Assembly: GCA_002269645.1 (NCBI GenBank)
Contig: NIVC01001271.1
Location: 114,633 to 178,632, forward strand
DNA from: Macrostomum lignano
Lineage: Eukaryota
DNA length: 64,000 nucleotides
Direction of reading: 5' to 3'
Within the stretch, counting starts at the first letter, position 1; each line of letters begins with the position of its first letter. Shown here piece after piece: positions 36,363-48,307 of this stretch. A program made the position numbers and the translations under genes. Under the pieces are notes generated by a model. It saw only the letters and a list, made by a program, of their open reading frames with translations. It did no database searches and was not told the origin of the DNA.

Positions 36363-38770
36363 ATGATCTTCAAAGACAGTTTGGAAGATTCTAAAGTGGA
36401 GCAGCAAGCTGACAGCGAAATCGGGCAGGTGAGAGGCTTGTATTTGCTGGAATTGACCTGTTGCTTCACCGGCTTCCTGTGAGATTTCTGACAATCTGTA
36501 TCTTTTGGCGTCATGTACTGATCTGACATCATGTACCGATCTTCTGACACCCTGTACTGCTCTTCTGACACCCTGTACTGCTTTTCTGACACCCTGTACT
36601 GCCGTCGAACCCCCCGAAGGTGCTGCTGCACGGCGTGTCGCTGGCGTCGCTGCGCCTTAACGGCGAGGAGCGGCTCTGCCTGGCCCAGATCTCCACCCAG
36701 CTGCTCTCCGGCCACACCTACAACGACATTCACAACCGACGCGTCGCTCTGGGCATCACCTGCGTCCAGTGCACCCCGCGCCAGTTGGACAGCCTGCGCC
36801 GGGCCAGCGCCATGCCAGCCAGCGCCAAGCGCTGCGGCACGATCACGCGGCGCGAGGCCGAACGCCTGGTCCGCTCCTTCCTAGGCGAGCCGGAGCGGCC
36901 GCGCCTGCCGCCTGGTTACAAATTCAATGTCGGCCACGCCTGCGGCTGGGGCTGCCGGGGCAGCTTCTGGCCGGAGCGGTACACCAGCTCCAGGGCCAGG
37001 TGGGTGCCATTAAATCTCATTTAAGGGGGCGTCATTTTATTTGAGGGGGCGCCATTTTATTTGAGGGGCGCCATTTTATTTGAGGGGGCGCCATTTTATT
37101 TGAGGGGGCGCCATTTTATTTGAGGGGGCGCCATTTTATTTGAGGGGGCGCCATTTTATTTGAGGGGGCGCCATTTTATTTGAGGGGGCGCCATTTTATT
37201 TGAGGGGGCGCCATTTTATTTGAGGGGGCGCCATTTTATTTGAGGGGGCGCCATTTTATTTGAGGGGGCGCCATTTTATTTGAGGGGGCGCCATTTTATT
37301 TGAGGGGGCGCCATTTTATTTGAGGGGGCGCCATTTTATTTGAGGGGGCGCCATTTTATTTGAGGGGGCGCCATTTTATTTGAGGGGCCTTATTATATTT
37401 TGAGGGGGCACCATTTTATATGAGGGGCGCCATTCTATTTGACGGGGCGCCATTCTATACAAAGGCGCCATGCTATACAAGTGGTGCCATTTTATCTATG
37501 GGGCCCTATTTCATTTGAGGGGGCGCCATTTCATTTGGGGCGCATTTAAGTCTAGGGGCGCCATTTTATATGAGGTGCGCCATTCTATCTGAGGGGGCGC
37601 CATTCTATCTGAGGGGGCGCCATTCTATCCAAGGTTCTATACGAGGGGCGCCCTTCTATTTGAGGAAGCGCCATTTTATTTTGAGGGGCGCCATTCTATA
37701 CGAGTATGAGGGGCGCCATTACATTTGAGGGGCGCCAGAGCTACAGTGTAATTGGTTACCATATGCCAACTGACTGGGGGTGGCTGGCCCCCATAGCAAC
37801 ACAAAAGCCAATACTTTAGTAACCAATCACTGCCCTCAGGTGCGTGATGTGCAGCCAGTGCCGGGAGTTCTTCTCCCCGAACAAGTTCATCTTCCACTGC
37901 CACCGCCCGGAGGACTTCGAGTCGGCCAGAGTGGCCGAGTTCCGCCAGCCGGACGCGGCGAACTTCAACGCCTGGCGAAGGCACCTGACGTTGACGGACC
38001 CGGAGCCGAGCAGCGAACTGCTGCACAACTGGGAGGACGTCAAGGCGCTGTTCAACGGCGGCTCGCGGCAGAGCACCGCCTCTGGCAAGGTTGGTCGCAT
38101 GCCCCACGATTCACACACACGGGGGAAACTTCCAAGGCGCAGCAGAGAGTGTACACGCCTGATGATTAGAAAGTCAGGGCTGCTGTACACCCTGTGTGAG
38201 CGTGTGTGCCTGCATGCGCATCAGTGCTCAGGGAGCAGCGGAACCCGGTTCACAAGCTCTCCATTGCAAACGATTGCTTCATTTCAGCCCGGCAGTCCAA
38301 CAGCGGAGCAGCGGCAGGAATCGACCGCCGCCGCCGCCGCCGCCGCCACGGGCGCCCCAGACAGCAACGACAGCAGCAGCAGCAGCAGCCAGGGCGGCAG
38401 CATCTGCGGTGAGATGGCCGGCAACGGCGCAGCAGTTATCGGCGAAGAGCCGCCGCCGAAGATCTCGCCAGCTGCGGTCGCGTCGCCGCTGATGTGGGCC
38501 CAGCTTCTCATGCGGGCGGGCGCTATTCAGGGGCCGCTGCAGCCGCCCTGGCCGCTTGGACCGACGCCGCCTCTGCCGCTGATGCCGATGTCGATGCCGC
38601 TGTCGATGCCGCTGCCCGTCCCGCTGTCGCCGCCCCACCCAGCCATGTACTTTGGCTGCCCGCTGGTCGGCCGGGACAGTCCGGCCGGACAATCCGGCAA
38701 TCTCCGTGGTCTGAAGAGGCGCCTTAGCGACCACTCCATCGAGGCCATTATGGGCGGCTCCGGCGTTTGA
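36363..38770 (+). CDS. SKOR: SKI family transcriptional corepressor (SKOR/fussel); exons 36363-36428 (tentative), 36620-36999, 37840-38089, 38288-38770
   Basis: GEERLCLAQISTQLL...YNDIHNRRVALGITCVQCTP...CGTITRREAERL, CGWGCRGSFWPERYTSSRARCVMCSQC..FFSPNKFIFHCH, QPDAANFNAWRRHL and WEDVKALFNGGSR. These are the Ski/Sno (DHD) and SAND-like SMAD4-binding domains with SKOR-type residues. The phase-2 intron 37000-37839 is consistent. Confidence 0.92.
37024..37735. repeat. 20-bp minisatellite (tgagggggcgccattttatt) filling a SKOR intron
   Basis: About 18 perfect units followed by degenerate ones. Confidence 0.95.
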
Positions 38771-41029
38771 AATTTCTATTACAGTTTTTACGAGTAGTGT
38801 CGAACAAAACCAATTTGGTGACTATTTTTATTGATGAATTTTTTTTAATGTCATCGAGTTTCATATCAGCTTCGTAAATAAGTGCAGTGCTCCGCAGTAA
38901 GAGGTGTGCCCACGATGCCATCATGGACGCAAAGACTTGCTGTTCTGCACAGCGCTTGAGTGGGGTTTGGCCATAGACAAATTTGGCTGAGAAAAATGCT
39001 ATGAGTAAATACGAGTCTCGATAAACTTGTAAGTGCACCTTTAGATGAAGCACTCTTCTTTTGCAACTCGAACTGCAACTGAGCATCCTCAGTTAGTACA
39101 GGAGCCTGTACCGGTGCAGCGATTCTCAGGAACCGAGCAGACCGCAAGTACTGCCAAACTGGGACTCGAGCAGACTCATAACAGAACATCATGTGCCAAT
39201 TGTCATGTCCTGCAGCAAGCCTATAGCCTAAATTGATGCTTTATTTGATTACTATTATTGGCCATGTAGGCTTTGCCAAAATATTTGGTTATCTTTAGTT
39301 TCCCTGTGCTTTTTCCTCTTGCATTACTACTTTTATTAGTTCAGTAGCCAATTAGAGATGTTATTTACTAGCTAAATGAGACGAGGAGTGCTGCACTGCT
39401 TCGGTCTGTTCTGCTTTTTTTCCTATTCAAACTTTTAGATTCAAATAAACTCGTGTGAGGCGCCAAGTTGTACCCACTTTACCTTTGGCAACAATTTTCA
39501 TCAGGTTGTTCTATATTTTTCTGTCTACCAGTAGTAAGTAGTAAGTAGTATAAGTAACTAGTGCAAAAGACTGCTCATATGAGTGAGCGGCTGTTATAAA
39601 AAATGACCGTGTAAATAGAATATAATGTACACATAAAAACGCACAGTGCAGGCCAAAGCAATTATTAAAATATACGAAATTAATAATCAAGTTTGTTTAA
39701 ATGAAGTTATCTGAGAGTTACAGGGTCGACGTGTCTGCTGATTTGTAGTTCAAAGAAGACAACAGAAAGGCAATTTTCTAGTGGTATTTGTTGCAGGATT
39801 ACGAGTACTGTATGATAACTTGATGGGGGCCACTCAGCACATTTGCGTGCAAGCTACTGCCAGTTCAGTAGTAAGTTAAATAGAAGCATTTTAATGTATT
39901 TTACTTCCGACCGCGTCTTACCCCACCAAACCCCGCCCCAGCCCCAATTTTTATTGCCCTTCCTCGCCTGGTTTTCCAGTCTATGGCTGCTTGCCATGTA
40001 CATTTTGGTGACGCAGGGCTAATGTACATTAGCAATAGCAAGAAGCTGCAGTTTACGCCTGCAAGTCACTCCAACTGCCTCATTTTATAAAATAGCTGAT
40101 AAAATTCTTTCTTACTACTGAACTGAAAGTAGAGGAACTGTTTTATCAAGCAAATATGCCTAATTGGGCCGAAGTCATCTAGTTGTTTGCCCGAGTAGTT
40201 ACCTATAAATAGCTATCAAAGTACCTAATAACAATTAAACTTGAATATTACACACACTACACAGAATGTGTAACGAGGCGAAAATTAACACGCGAGTTTC
40301 GGTTAGCAATTTACAATTGATTGTACGCACAGCAATCGGCATGAAAGTACAGTCACTGGTTCGAAGAATATCGCAATGTATACATGCACGCTCTTAAAAT
40401 ATTTTCAAGCCAGAGGCGGAGATGTGTACGTTTACGGGGTTAAAACAATCACGTGACGTGGCTATCGCAACTGACCCTGCCTCAAACGGGTCAGTCGTGT
40501 AGCGATTGTACATTTATCTTTACACTGGAGTATATTACAAAGCTAGGCACGCTGGTACTACTGTAAGTAAGTAGCGGTTTAATAAATGTTTGCCAACAAT
40601 TAATATAAATAAAAAAATGGAACTGGAACTTCGAGTATATAAAAATGTAATACAAAATATTTGCTGTAAATGTGCGATGTTGTAAAACAACAACAACAAA
40701 TGTGCGATAGTGATCTGGTTGAATTACCGTGAATATCGCAGAGATTAAGGTTTATTACAGTTTCTATTCCAATTAACAACTCTATTCTATTATTGGTAAA
40801 TAAAATAGATGAATAATAATTATATCTGTGCAAACTTGGAACAGTCACTTTCGTTGTGAGTGCCATAAATTATCCCAAAAACAGCTTTTGTCACTGCACA
40901 AAATAGCTTCGAACTTTGAAATTATTTGACTTGATTATTCGAAAACACAGGTACCACAAGTACCATTCTGAGTACTTGTGGTAATGAAAACGATTGAATT
41001 GTCTTTCAGAGGCGTAACCACGATTTTTT

Positions 41030-41755
41030 TCATGGGGAAGTCGGGTCGCTAGCACCGGGGGGGGGGCGGTAGCACCGGGGGCGCTAGCACCGGGGGGCGC
41101 TAGCACCGGGGGGCGCTAGCACCGGGGGCGCTAGCACCGGGGGCGCTAGCACCGGGGGGCGCTAGCACCGGGGGGCGCTAGCACCGGGGGGCGCTAGCAC
41201 CGGGGGGCGCTAGCACCAGGGGGCGCTAGCACCGGGGGCGCTAGCACCGGGGGGCGCTAGCACCGGGGGGCGCTAGCACCGGGGGCGCTAGCACCGGGGG
41301 CGCTAGCACCGGGGGGCGCTAGCACCGGGGGCGCTAGCACCGGGGGGTGCTAGCACCGGGGGCGCTAGCACCGGGGGCGCTAGCACCGGGGGGCGCTAGC
41401 ACCGGGGGGCGCTAGCACCGGGGGGCGCTAGCACCGGGGGCGCTAGCACCGGGGGGCGCTAGCACTGGGGGGCGCTAGCACCGGGGGCGCTAGCACTGGA
41501 GGCGCTAGCACTGGGGGGCGCTAGCACCGGGGGCGCTAGCACTGGAGGCGCTAGCACTGGGGGCGCTAGCACTGGGGGGCGCTAGCACTGGGGGGCGCTA
41601 GCACCGGGGGCGCTAGCAACGGAGGCGCTAGCACTGGGGGGCGCTAGCACCGGGGGGGGCGCTAGCACCGGGGGCGCTAGCACCGGGGCGCTAGCACCGG
41701 AGGCGCTAGCACTGGGGGGCGCTAGCACCGGGGGCGCTAGCACCGCCGGCTTCGC
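41030..41755. mobile_element. MITE-like element with an internal 15-17 bp G-rich tandem array (gctagcaccgggggc)
   Basis: Imperfect termini agaggcgtaacc...ggcttcgccc. About 42 units with variable G-run length. Confidence 0.6.
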
Positions 41756-41865
41756 CCAATAGTTCCCTTTGGTATTAAAAAATCGCTTTCAAAACCCTAA
41801 TATTAACAGAACCATTTAGAAAACCCATCAGTAATTGTGCCGGCCTGTATCAACCAGCTGGGACC

Positions 41866-44800
41866 TCAGCCCACAATGTACTGCTTGTAATTGGACAGCT
41901 TCTTCAGCTGCGCCTTGACTGCTCGCACCAGATCGGTGGGCTGCATCACCAGGCTGATCTCCGGCCCGTGCGCGGACAGCCGGTGCGCCACCTCCTTGGG
42001 CTCCGGCCACAGCCTCAGCGGACGGCCGTTGACCTCTGTCAGCGTCCAGGTGGTGAAATTGGCGTCGTCAAGGACGCCCGCGGTTCGATACGCGAGGCCG
42101 TGGGCCGCCGCCAGACCATCCTGGAAGATGCAGTTTTGTTTGATTGGGATTTGAGAAGATTTGTGGATGAGGCTCGCTTCAGGTGTTTTTGACCATTTGA
42201 TAATGGGGGTAGAAGTTTAGGTAAGTGGAAGGAGACTCAGGTAGGTGGAATGAGACTCAGGTAGGTGGAATGAGACTCAGGTAGTGGAATGAGACTCAGG
42301 TAGGTGGAATGAGACTCAGTTAGGTGGAATGAGACTCAGGTAGGTGGAATGAGACTCAGGTAGTGGAATGAGACTCAGGTAGGTGGAATGAGACTCAGGT
42401 AGTGGAATGAGACTCAGTTAGGTGGAATGAGACTCAGGTAGGTGGAATGAGACTCAGGTAGGTGGAATGAGACTCAGGTAGTGGAATGAGACTCAGGTAG
42501 GTGGAATGAGACTCAGTTAGGTGGAATGAGACTCAGGTAGGTGGAATGAGACTCAGGTAGGTGGAATGAGACTCAGGTAGGTGGAATGAGACTCAGGTAG
42601 GTGGAATGAGACTCAGGTAGGTGGAATGAGACTCAGTTAGGTGGAATGAGACTCAGGTAGGTGGAATGAGACTCAGGTAGGTGGAATGAGACTCAGGTAG
42701 GTGGAATGAGACTCAGGTAGGTGGAATGAGACTCAGGTAGGTGGAATGAGACTCAGGTAGGTGGAATGAGACTCAGATAGGTGGAATGAGACTCAGGTAG
42801 GTGGAATGAGACTCAGGTAGGTGGAATGAGACTCAGGTAGGTGGAATGAGACTCAGGTAGTGGAATGAGACTCAGGTAGTGGAATGAGACTCAGGTAGGT
42901 GGAATGAGACTCAGGTAGTGGAATGAGACTCAGGTAGTGGAATGAGACTCAGGTAGTGGAATGAGACTCAGATAGGTGGAATGAGACTCAGGTAGTGGAA
43001 TGAGACTCAGGTAGGTGGAATGAGACTCAGGTAGTGGAATGAGACTCAGGTAGTGGAATGAGACTCAGGTAGGTGGAATGAGACTCAGGTAGTGGAATGA
43101 GACTCAGGTAGTGGAATGAGACTCAGGTAGTGGAATGAGACTCAGATAGGTAGAATGAGACTCAGTTAGGTGGAATGAGGCTCAGGTAGTGGAATGAGAC
43201 TCAGGTAGGTAGAATGAAGCTCAGGTAGGTGGAATGAGACTCAGGTAGTGGAATGAGACTCAGGTAGGTGGAATGAGACTCAGGTAGGTGGAATGAGACT
43301 CAGGTAGGTGGAATGAGACTCAGGTAGTGGAATGAGACTCAGGTAGGTAGAATGAAGCTCAGGTAGTGGAATGAGACTCAGGTAGTGGAATGAGACTCAG
43401 GTAGGTGGAATGAGACTCAGGTAGGTGGAATGAGACTCAGGTAGGTGGAATGAGACTCAGGTAGGTGGAATGAGACTCAAGTAGGTGGAAGGGATTCAAA
43501 TCCGCCTCACCTGCTGCACGTGGGCCACCTCGGCCGATTGTCCGGTGGTCACCAGGCCGAGAGAGCGGCCGTCTGGCCGGCTCACGCAGAAGGCCTTGCC
43601 ATGCGGCAAGCGCCGCAGGCGGAGGGCCACCCGGCCAACGGAGCCCTGCAGGATTCGGCGGCACTGCTCCAGCGACTCCAGCCGGAAGCCGTCCACGCTC
43701 ATCACCTGTTGACGGAAGGTGAGCTGGTATTAACCGACCAACCAAGTGAGGAGGAAGGAACCGCCAAGGACCGCTGATATTAAGCGGGTCTACGCTAGCT
43801 GTGCATTCCGCCGCCGGCTCACCTGGTCGCCAACGCGAAGGCAGCCGTGCAGTCGAGTCGCTCGCCGATTCCAGCCAGCGATCCACAGCCTACCAGCGCA
43901 GTGGACGATGGCCACATTGTCGAGTAGGTCGGCAGCGTTGCAGTACACCTGCACGCCACCTGGGTGCAGAATCTGGCGCTTCAACCGTTCGACCGAGGCG
44001 CAGAGCGGACTGAGACGCGGCCCGCCGGGACCCAGGGTGTTCACCACGAACTGGCCGCCCTGGGTCTCCTCGATGCTGATGTCCGCCTGGAGGAAAGGAT
44101 GGCGGGATGAAAACATTTACTAAGAATCATCCAGAGTTCTGTGGTGGACCACAAAATAGCTTGGCAAGTTAAGCACTGAAACGTAGCTATCAACACAAAT
44201 TCTAATTTGAGCAACCCCTAAATTTCACAACCCCTAAAAACGATTTTGTCGACAAACTGATTAATAGTATTTTTACCGAACTACCCCTTTTTCAGCTTTT
44301 CTTATTAAACCAAGTGCTAGAGTCAAGGATTCGAACCGGGCAAATCCAATTCGAATTTGCGCCAAAAAGTGACGTCGTTAAAAATTCGTTAAACTCAGAA
44401 TCGATTTTTTAAATACTACGAGTACACGATGTAATTGTAATTTTTGAAGGTACCAGAAATATGCTTAATGATACATGCTTAATACTAATACTCGTATGAA
44501 TCCAAGAATTTCTCTTTTTGGCGCCAATTCGAATTGGATTAATTTCAGCAAAAACAAAGCCAGATCATGTGCACGTCAATCTGTTACCTTTCTATCAAAG
44601 AAGCCGGACACCAGCACCGGCTTAGTCAGGTGCTGATAGGGCGGCGGGTCCGGATTGGGCCGGAACACCCCGACGGCTGACCGAAACCGCCTGGTACGCA
44701 GTCGAGTCAGGGCGTCCCAGTCCTCCAGCTCGCGGTATTTGCTTTCAAGCACGGCGTACGCCTCCGGCTCCATGGCGTCCAGCTCGGCGAACTGAGGATA

Positions 44801-46421
44801 GGTGTACTCGATGTGAATAATACAATTGCATCGCGCTATTCCATCACGTGACTGCCATCCCACCATTATTAGCCATCCACTCCTTATCTATTCTTATCTT
44901 ATGTAGACAATACTTCAACATACAGCTACAACCCAAAATCTACGAAACATTGCCCCCCTCGTCACCTCGTCGCCTTTGTCTTTGTCAACCTCCTCGCTGT
45001 CCTCGCCGCCCTCGTAGACGCTGTACACTGTCTGCAGCTGGTCGCGCAGATCCTTGACCCCGGCTTCGCCACGCTCTCGACGCATTCGATCTTCCAGGTG
45101 GTGCAATTCGCGCAGCACTTCGCCTCCGCGCTGACGTCTTTGCTTTTTGGACTGGCTGAGCAGCCTGCTCCGGTCTGCCGTGTCCTCATCCTCAGCACCA
45201 GACTCGGCCTCCTCCTCTTGAGCCTCAGCCTCCGCCTCCGCCTCCATCCGCTTCAATCCTTCGATATCATCGGAGTCGAAGTCGAACGAATCGCTAGCAA
45301 TGTTCTCTTCCGCTGCTGCAGCCTGAGCTCCTTGTCGCTGCACTGCCGCTAGCTTTTCATTGTTGGGGCTGCAATGATTTTTGCACTTTTCTTGCTCGGT
45401 TGCCTTCTGATTGCAATAAACAAGTGTAAGATAGTTAAGGATTTCAAAGATTTGATTGCAGTCAGTCAGCTATCTGTAAGGCTCGCAAGGGCGTATTCAG
45501 CATGCCAGTGAAGTATGAGACAGGACCAGGACCATGGGCTAAGGTCTGCGATGCTCCATGCCTGCCCTCATCTTCAGCAGGTAAAGGCCGGAGGGAGGTC
45601 TGCCCCCTCTATTTGCCTCTGGCAGCCGCAGACCCCCCACGCTGTCTCGTAAGCCGACCCAGGGTCCCCGCGAGTGTTCAAGACAGACCCTAGGGCGCTG
45701 GTGACCCATCCAAGTGGCTTTTGCCGAACTTGGGTATGCTGGTCTGGCTCGCCAGTCCGCAGGCCGTGGTACTCTCAACGTACCCTTTAATACCTATGGT
45801 GTTCGACCGTGCCGATGGGCTGGAAGGCCGGGGAGTAGTCCGGTCGCAAGCGGTCCCCCTCCTGGTGTCGGGCCAGCCTTGGGGTTCTTTTGGCCTTTTG
45901 GCCTACTGCCCGGTCAGGTGGAGTGGCCCGGTGAGTACCGCGCTCCTTCGAGGGTAGCCCACCAACCTTCATCTCTAGGGCACTACCCACCTGATGTCCC
46001 CGTTGTCGTACACCTCGCCTTCATCGTCCTCATCATTATCCCCCAAGGTGCCGTAGATGTTCTCCGGCTTGCTCCTGTCGGCCAGCTGGGCCAGATTCCT
46101 GGACAGACAAGCCACCCAGTCGGCGGCCTCCTGCTGCGATTCGGCGGTGAGGGTCAGCATGCGGTCGGACAGTGCCATCAGGAAGCTGCAGGGATCGTCT
46201 ACTAGCGCGGCGACCCGGCTGCAGCCGCGCAGGTCGAACGAGTTGATTGGTGGGTCCGTTCTGGCCGCGGCGGCGTCCTCGTAGTACTCGAGCGAGGGCA
46301 GACCGCCGAACAGCAGGAAGACGAACCAGCGGCGGGTTGGGCGGCGGAGCAGGCTGATGGGGCCGCTGGCCAGGGTCTGCTTCTTCAGGTAGCCAGCTTT
46401 GATTACTACCTGCTGGTTCAT
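41866..46421 (-). CDS. PH-domain adaptor with an acidic middle region and C-terminal PDZ-like domains; exons 45991-46421, 44966-45368, 44588-44791, 43823-44086, 43511-43705, 41866-42120 (about 583 aa)
   Basis: PH: VIKAGYLKKQ...RRWFVF...LEYYED...FDLRGC...LTLTAESQQEAADWVACL. PDZ-like: LHGCLRVGDQVMSVDG...VALRLRRLP, RSLGLV...AEVAHVQQDGLAAAHGL and WTLTEVNGRPL...EISLVMQP. All junctions are GT-AG with consistent phases. Confidence 0.8.
42225..43490. repeat. 19/20-bp minisatellite (gtaggtggaatgagactcag) filling the last intron of the PH-PDZ gene
   Basis: About 63 tandem units. Confidence 0.97.
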
Positions 46422-46529
46422 CTAGGCCGCAGTGCTTGGTAATGACGGGGTGGTTGTGAGTTGTTAGGCCATGTTGTAGTCAACGCTTTTCTGCTTTTCT
46501 TAATAATTTCTGCCTTCAAGGTCCGACCA

Positions 46530-46665
46530 CAGACTACAGAAACGTATTTCTTTGGCCCCGGCCATAGACTACAGATATGTATTCATTTCACCTGGCCATA
46601 GGCTACAGAAATGTATTTATTTGGCCCTGGCCATAAACTACAGAAACGTATTTATTTGACCTGGG
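46530..46665. repeat. Degenerate tandem repeat of about 35 bp, about 4 copies
   Basis: gccatagactacagaaacgtatttatttggccct-like units. Confidence 0.7.
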
Positions 46666-47072
46666 ACAATAAAACTCCAAATTTGGATTCTAACAAAGGT
46701 TCAGCACTACCGGTCGAATACTAACCGTTACCATCGCAACCAGCGGTTGCTATCGAATCACAGTATTCGGGGCCAAAGGCGGTCTTAGGCCTTTATGATA
46801 CACACGCTTTGACAGAGAGCTTATCTGTAGTGCGAATTGTCTCAGCATCTCTGATGCTGTTTTATACTCAACAATGAGAGACAGTGGGTACAGAGATGGT
46901 CCATACTATTATTCTCATCTTTTCTCAGACACGGAGTGAGTGTAGGTTCAGTATGGGTTGAGTCACCGTTGACACACTTCAAGCAAAAAAAATTTGAGTT
47001 CATTTTAGAAATGATTTCTCTCATAGACGTGCTTTTGCGTATGCAAAATGGGATTAAGCCAAACAAGGGATT

Positions 47073-47310
47073 GCCATCATAAACTCGAAAAATCACATCG
47101 TCGAAAACAAGGCTCCATCACAAGCTCGAAAAGGCACAAGCTCTAACCCTAACCCTAACCCCAAGGCACAAACCCTAACCGTAACCCCAACCCTAACCTA
47201 ACCCTAAACTAACCCTAAAGGCACAAGCTCTGACCCTAACCCTATTCGAGCTTGTGATGGTGGTTGCTAAATCAGTTTTCGACGATGTGATTTTTCGAGC
47301 TTATGATGGC
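47073..47310. mobile_element. Foldback/MITE-like element with a telomere-like (TAACCC)n core
   Basis: Inverted arms gccatcataaactcgaaaaatcacatcgtcgaaaac...ccatcacaagctcgaa / ttcgagcttgtgatgg...gttttcgacgatgtgatttttcgagcttatgatggc. TAACCC repeats lie at about 47145-47245. Confidence 0.7.
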
Positions 47311-48307
47311 CCCCCCAAACAAGGACAGAGTCGCAATCATGTAAACACTTACAGTTCGAGTTTGAAACCGATGTTTCTCAAGATCAATTAAACCCCTCCG
47401 TCAGGAAATGAAATTGTTGTCTTTTGCGCGTTTATTGCCGTGCTGGCTAAGAGCGCGAAACTTTTGGTTTGGGGTGGCGAGCAGATCGAATGAGGCCACA
47501 AAAAAGAGAAGAAATGCTCAGCTGAGCAGAGTGCTGCTGCTGTAGCTCTTGTGTTTATAAGCAGTAGGCGAAAATAAGAGAGAAGGTACTGAAAAATTGT
47601 GCACACACACTGTCGAAGCTTCTCTGCTCCAAGTGAAAGAGAATTCTGCTTGGTCTTCCAAAAGAGACTCTCCAAAAGGTGTATCATCGGTAAGAGACAG
47701 AGCTCAAATTCTCAGCCAATGAGTATACGGAATGCTTGCTATTTCCATGTTCCTACACTGAGTAAGCTGTTATTTTAATACCATGACACGGCAGATGCGC
47801 TCTTAAAGTAGCCATGAACTCAAATCTGACAAATTTGTGTAATTATAGTGTTGTACAGATTGCCTGCTGTTGTGATAGCACCATCGGCACATTGCAGCTC
47901 TGCTTTTGTGGGTGCATTGTGTCCACTATGTATGAAACCTCTATTGGTGGGAACATTAGAGCAAAAAGTGAATGATGAGCTGCAAAACGTATAATGATAT
48001 CAACCTTAGACAATCGCGTGACTCAGTAGGTCACAATCCTGGAAAACCACCTGCCACAGGTCATGTTTCACAGATCACCTATCTATCACGGAAGAGCGAT
48101 ACTGGATAGTTACATGTACAGAATTTTGTTTACAAGGCAATTAATGTTATTTTATGATGAAGTCAGTTCCTATTTGATTACACGTTTATTTCGTGCGATA
48201 ATGACATGACTGAGTGATTAAAATGAAATTTAAAATCAAACCGTCACCCGTCAGTCAAGGATGTACCGCATCAGTCAGTTTAAAGACCCAATGACCACAC
48301 CAGCCTC

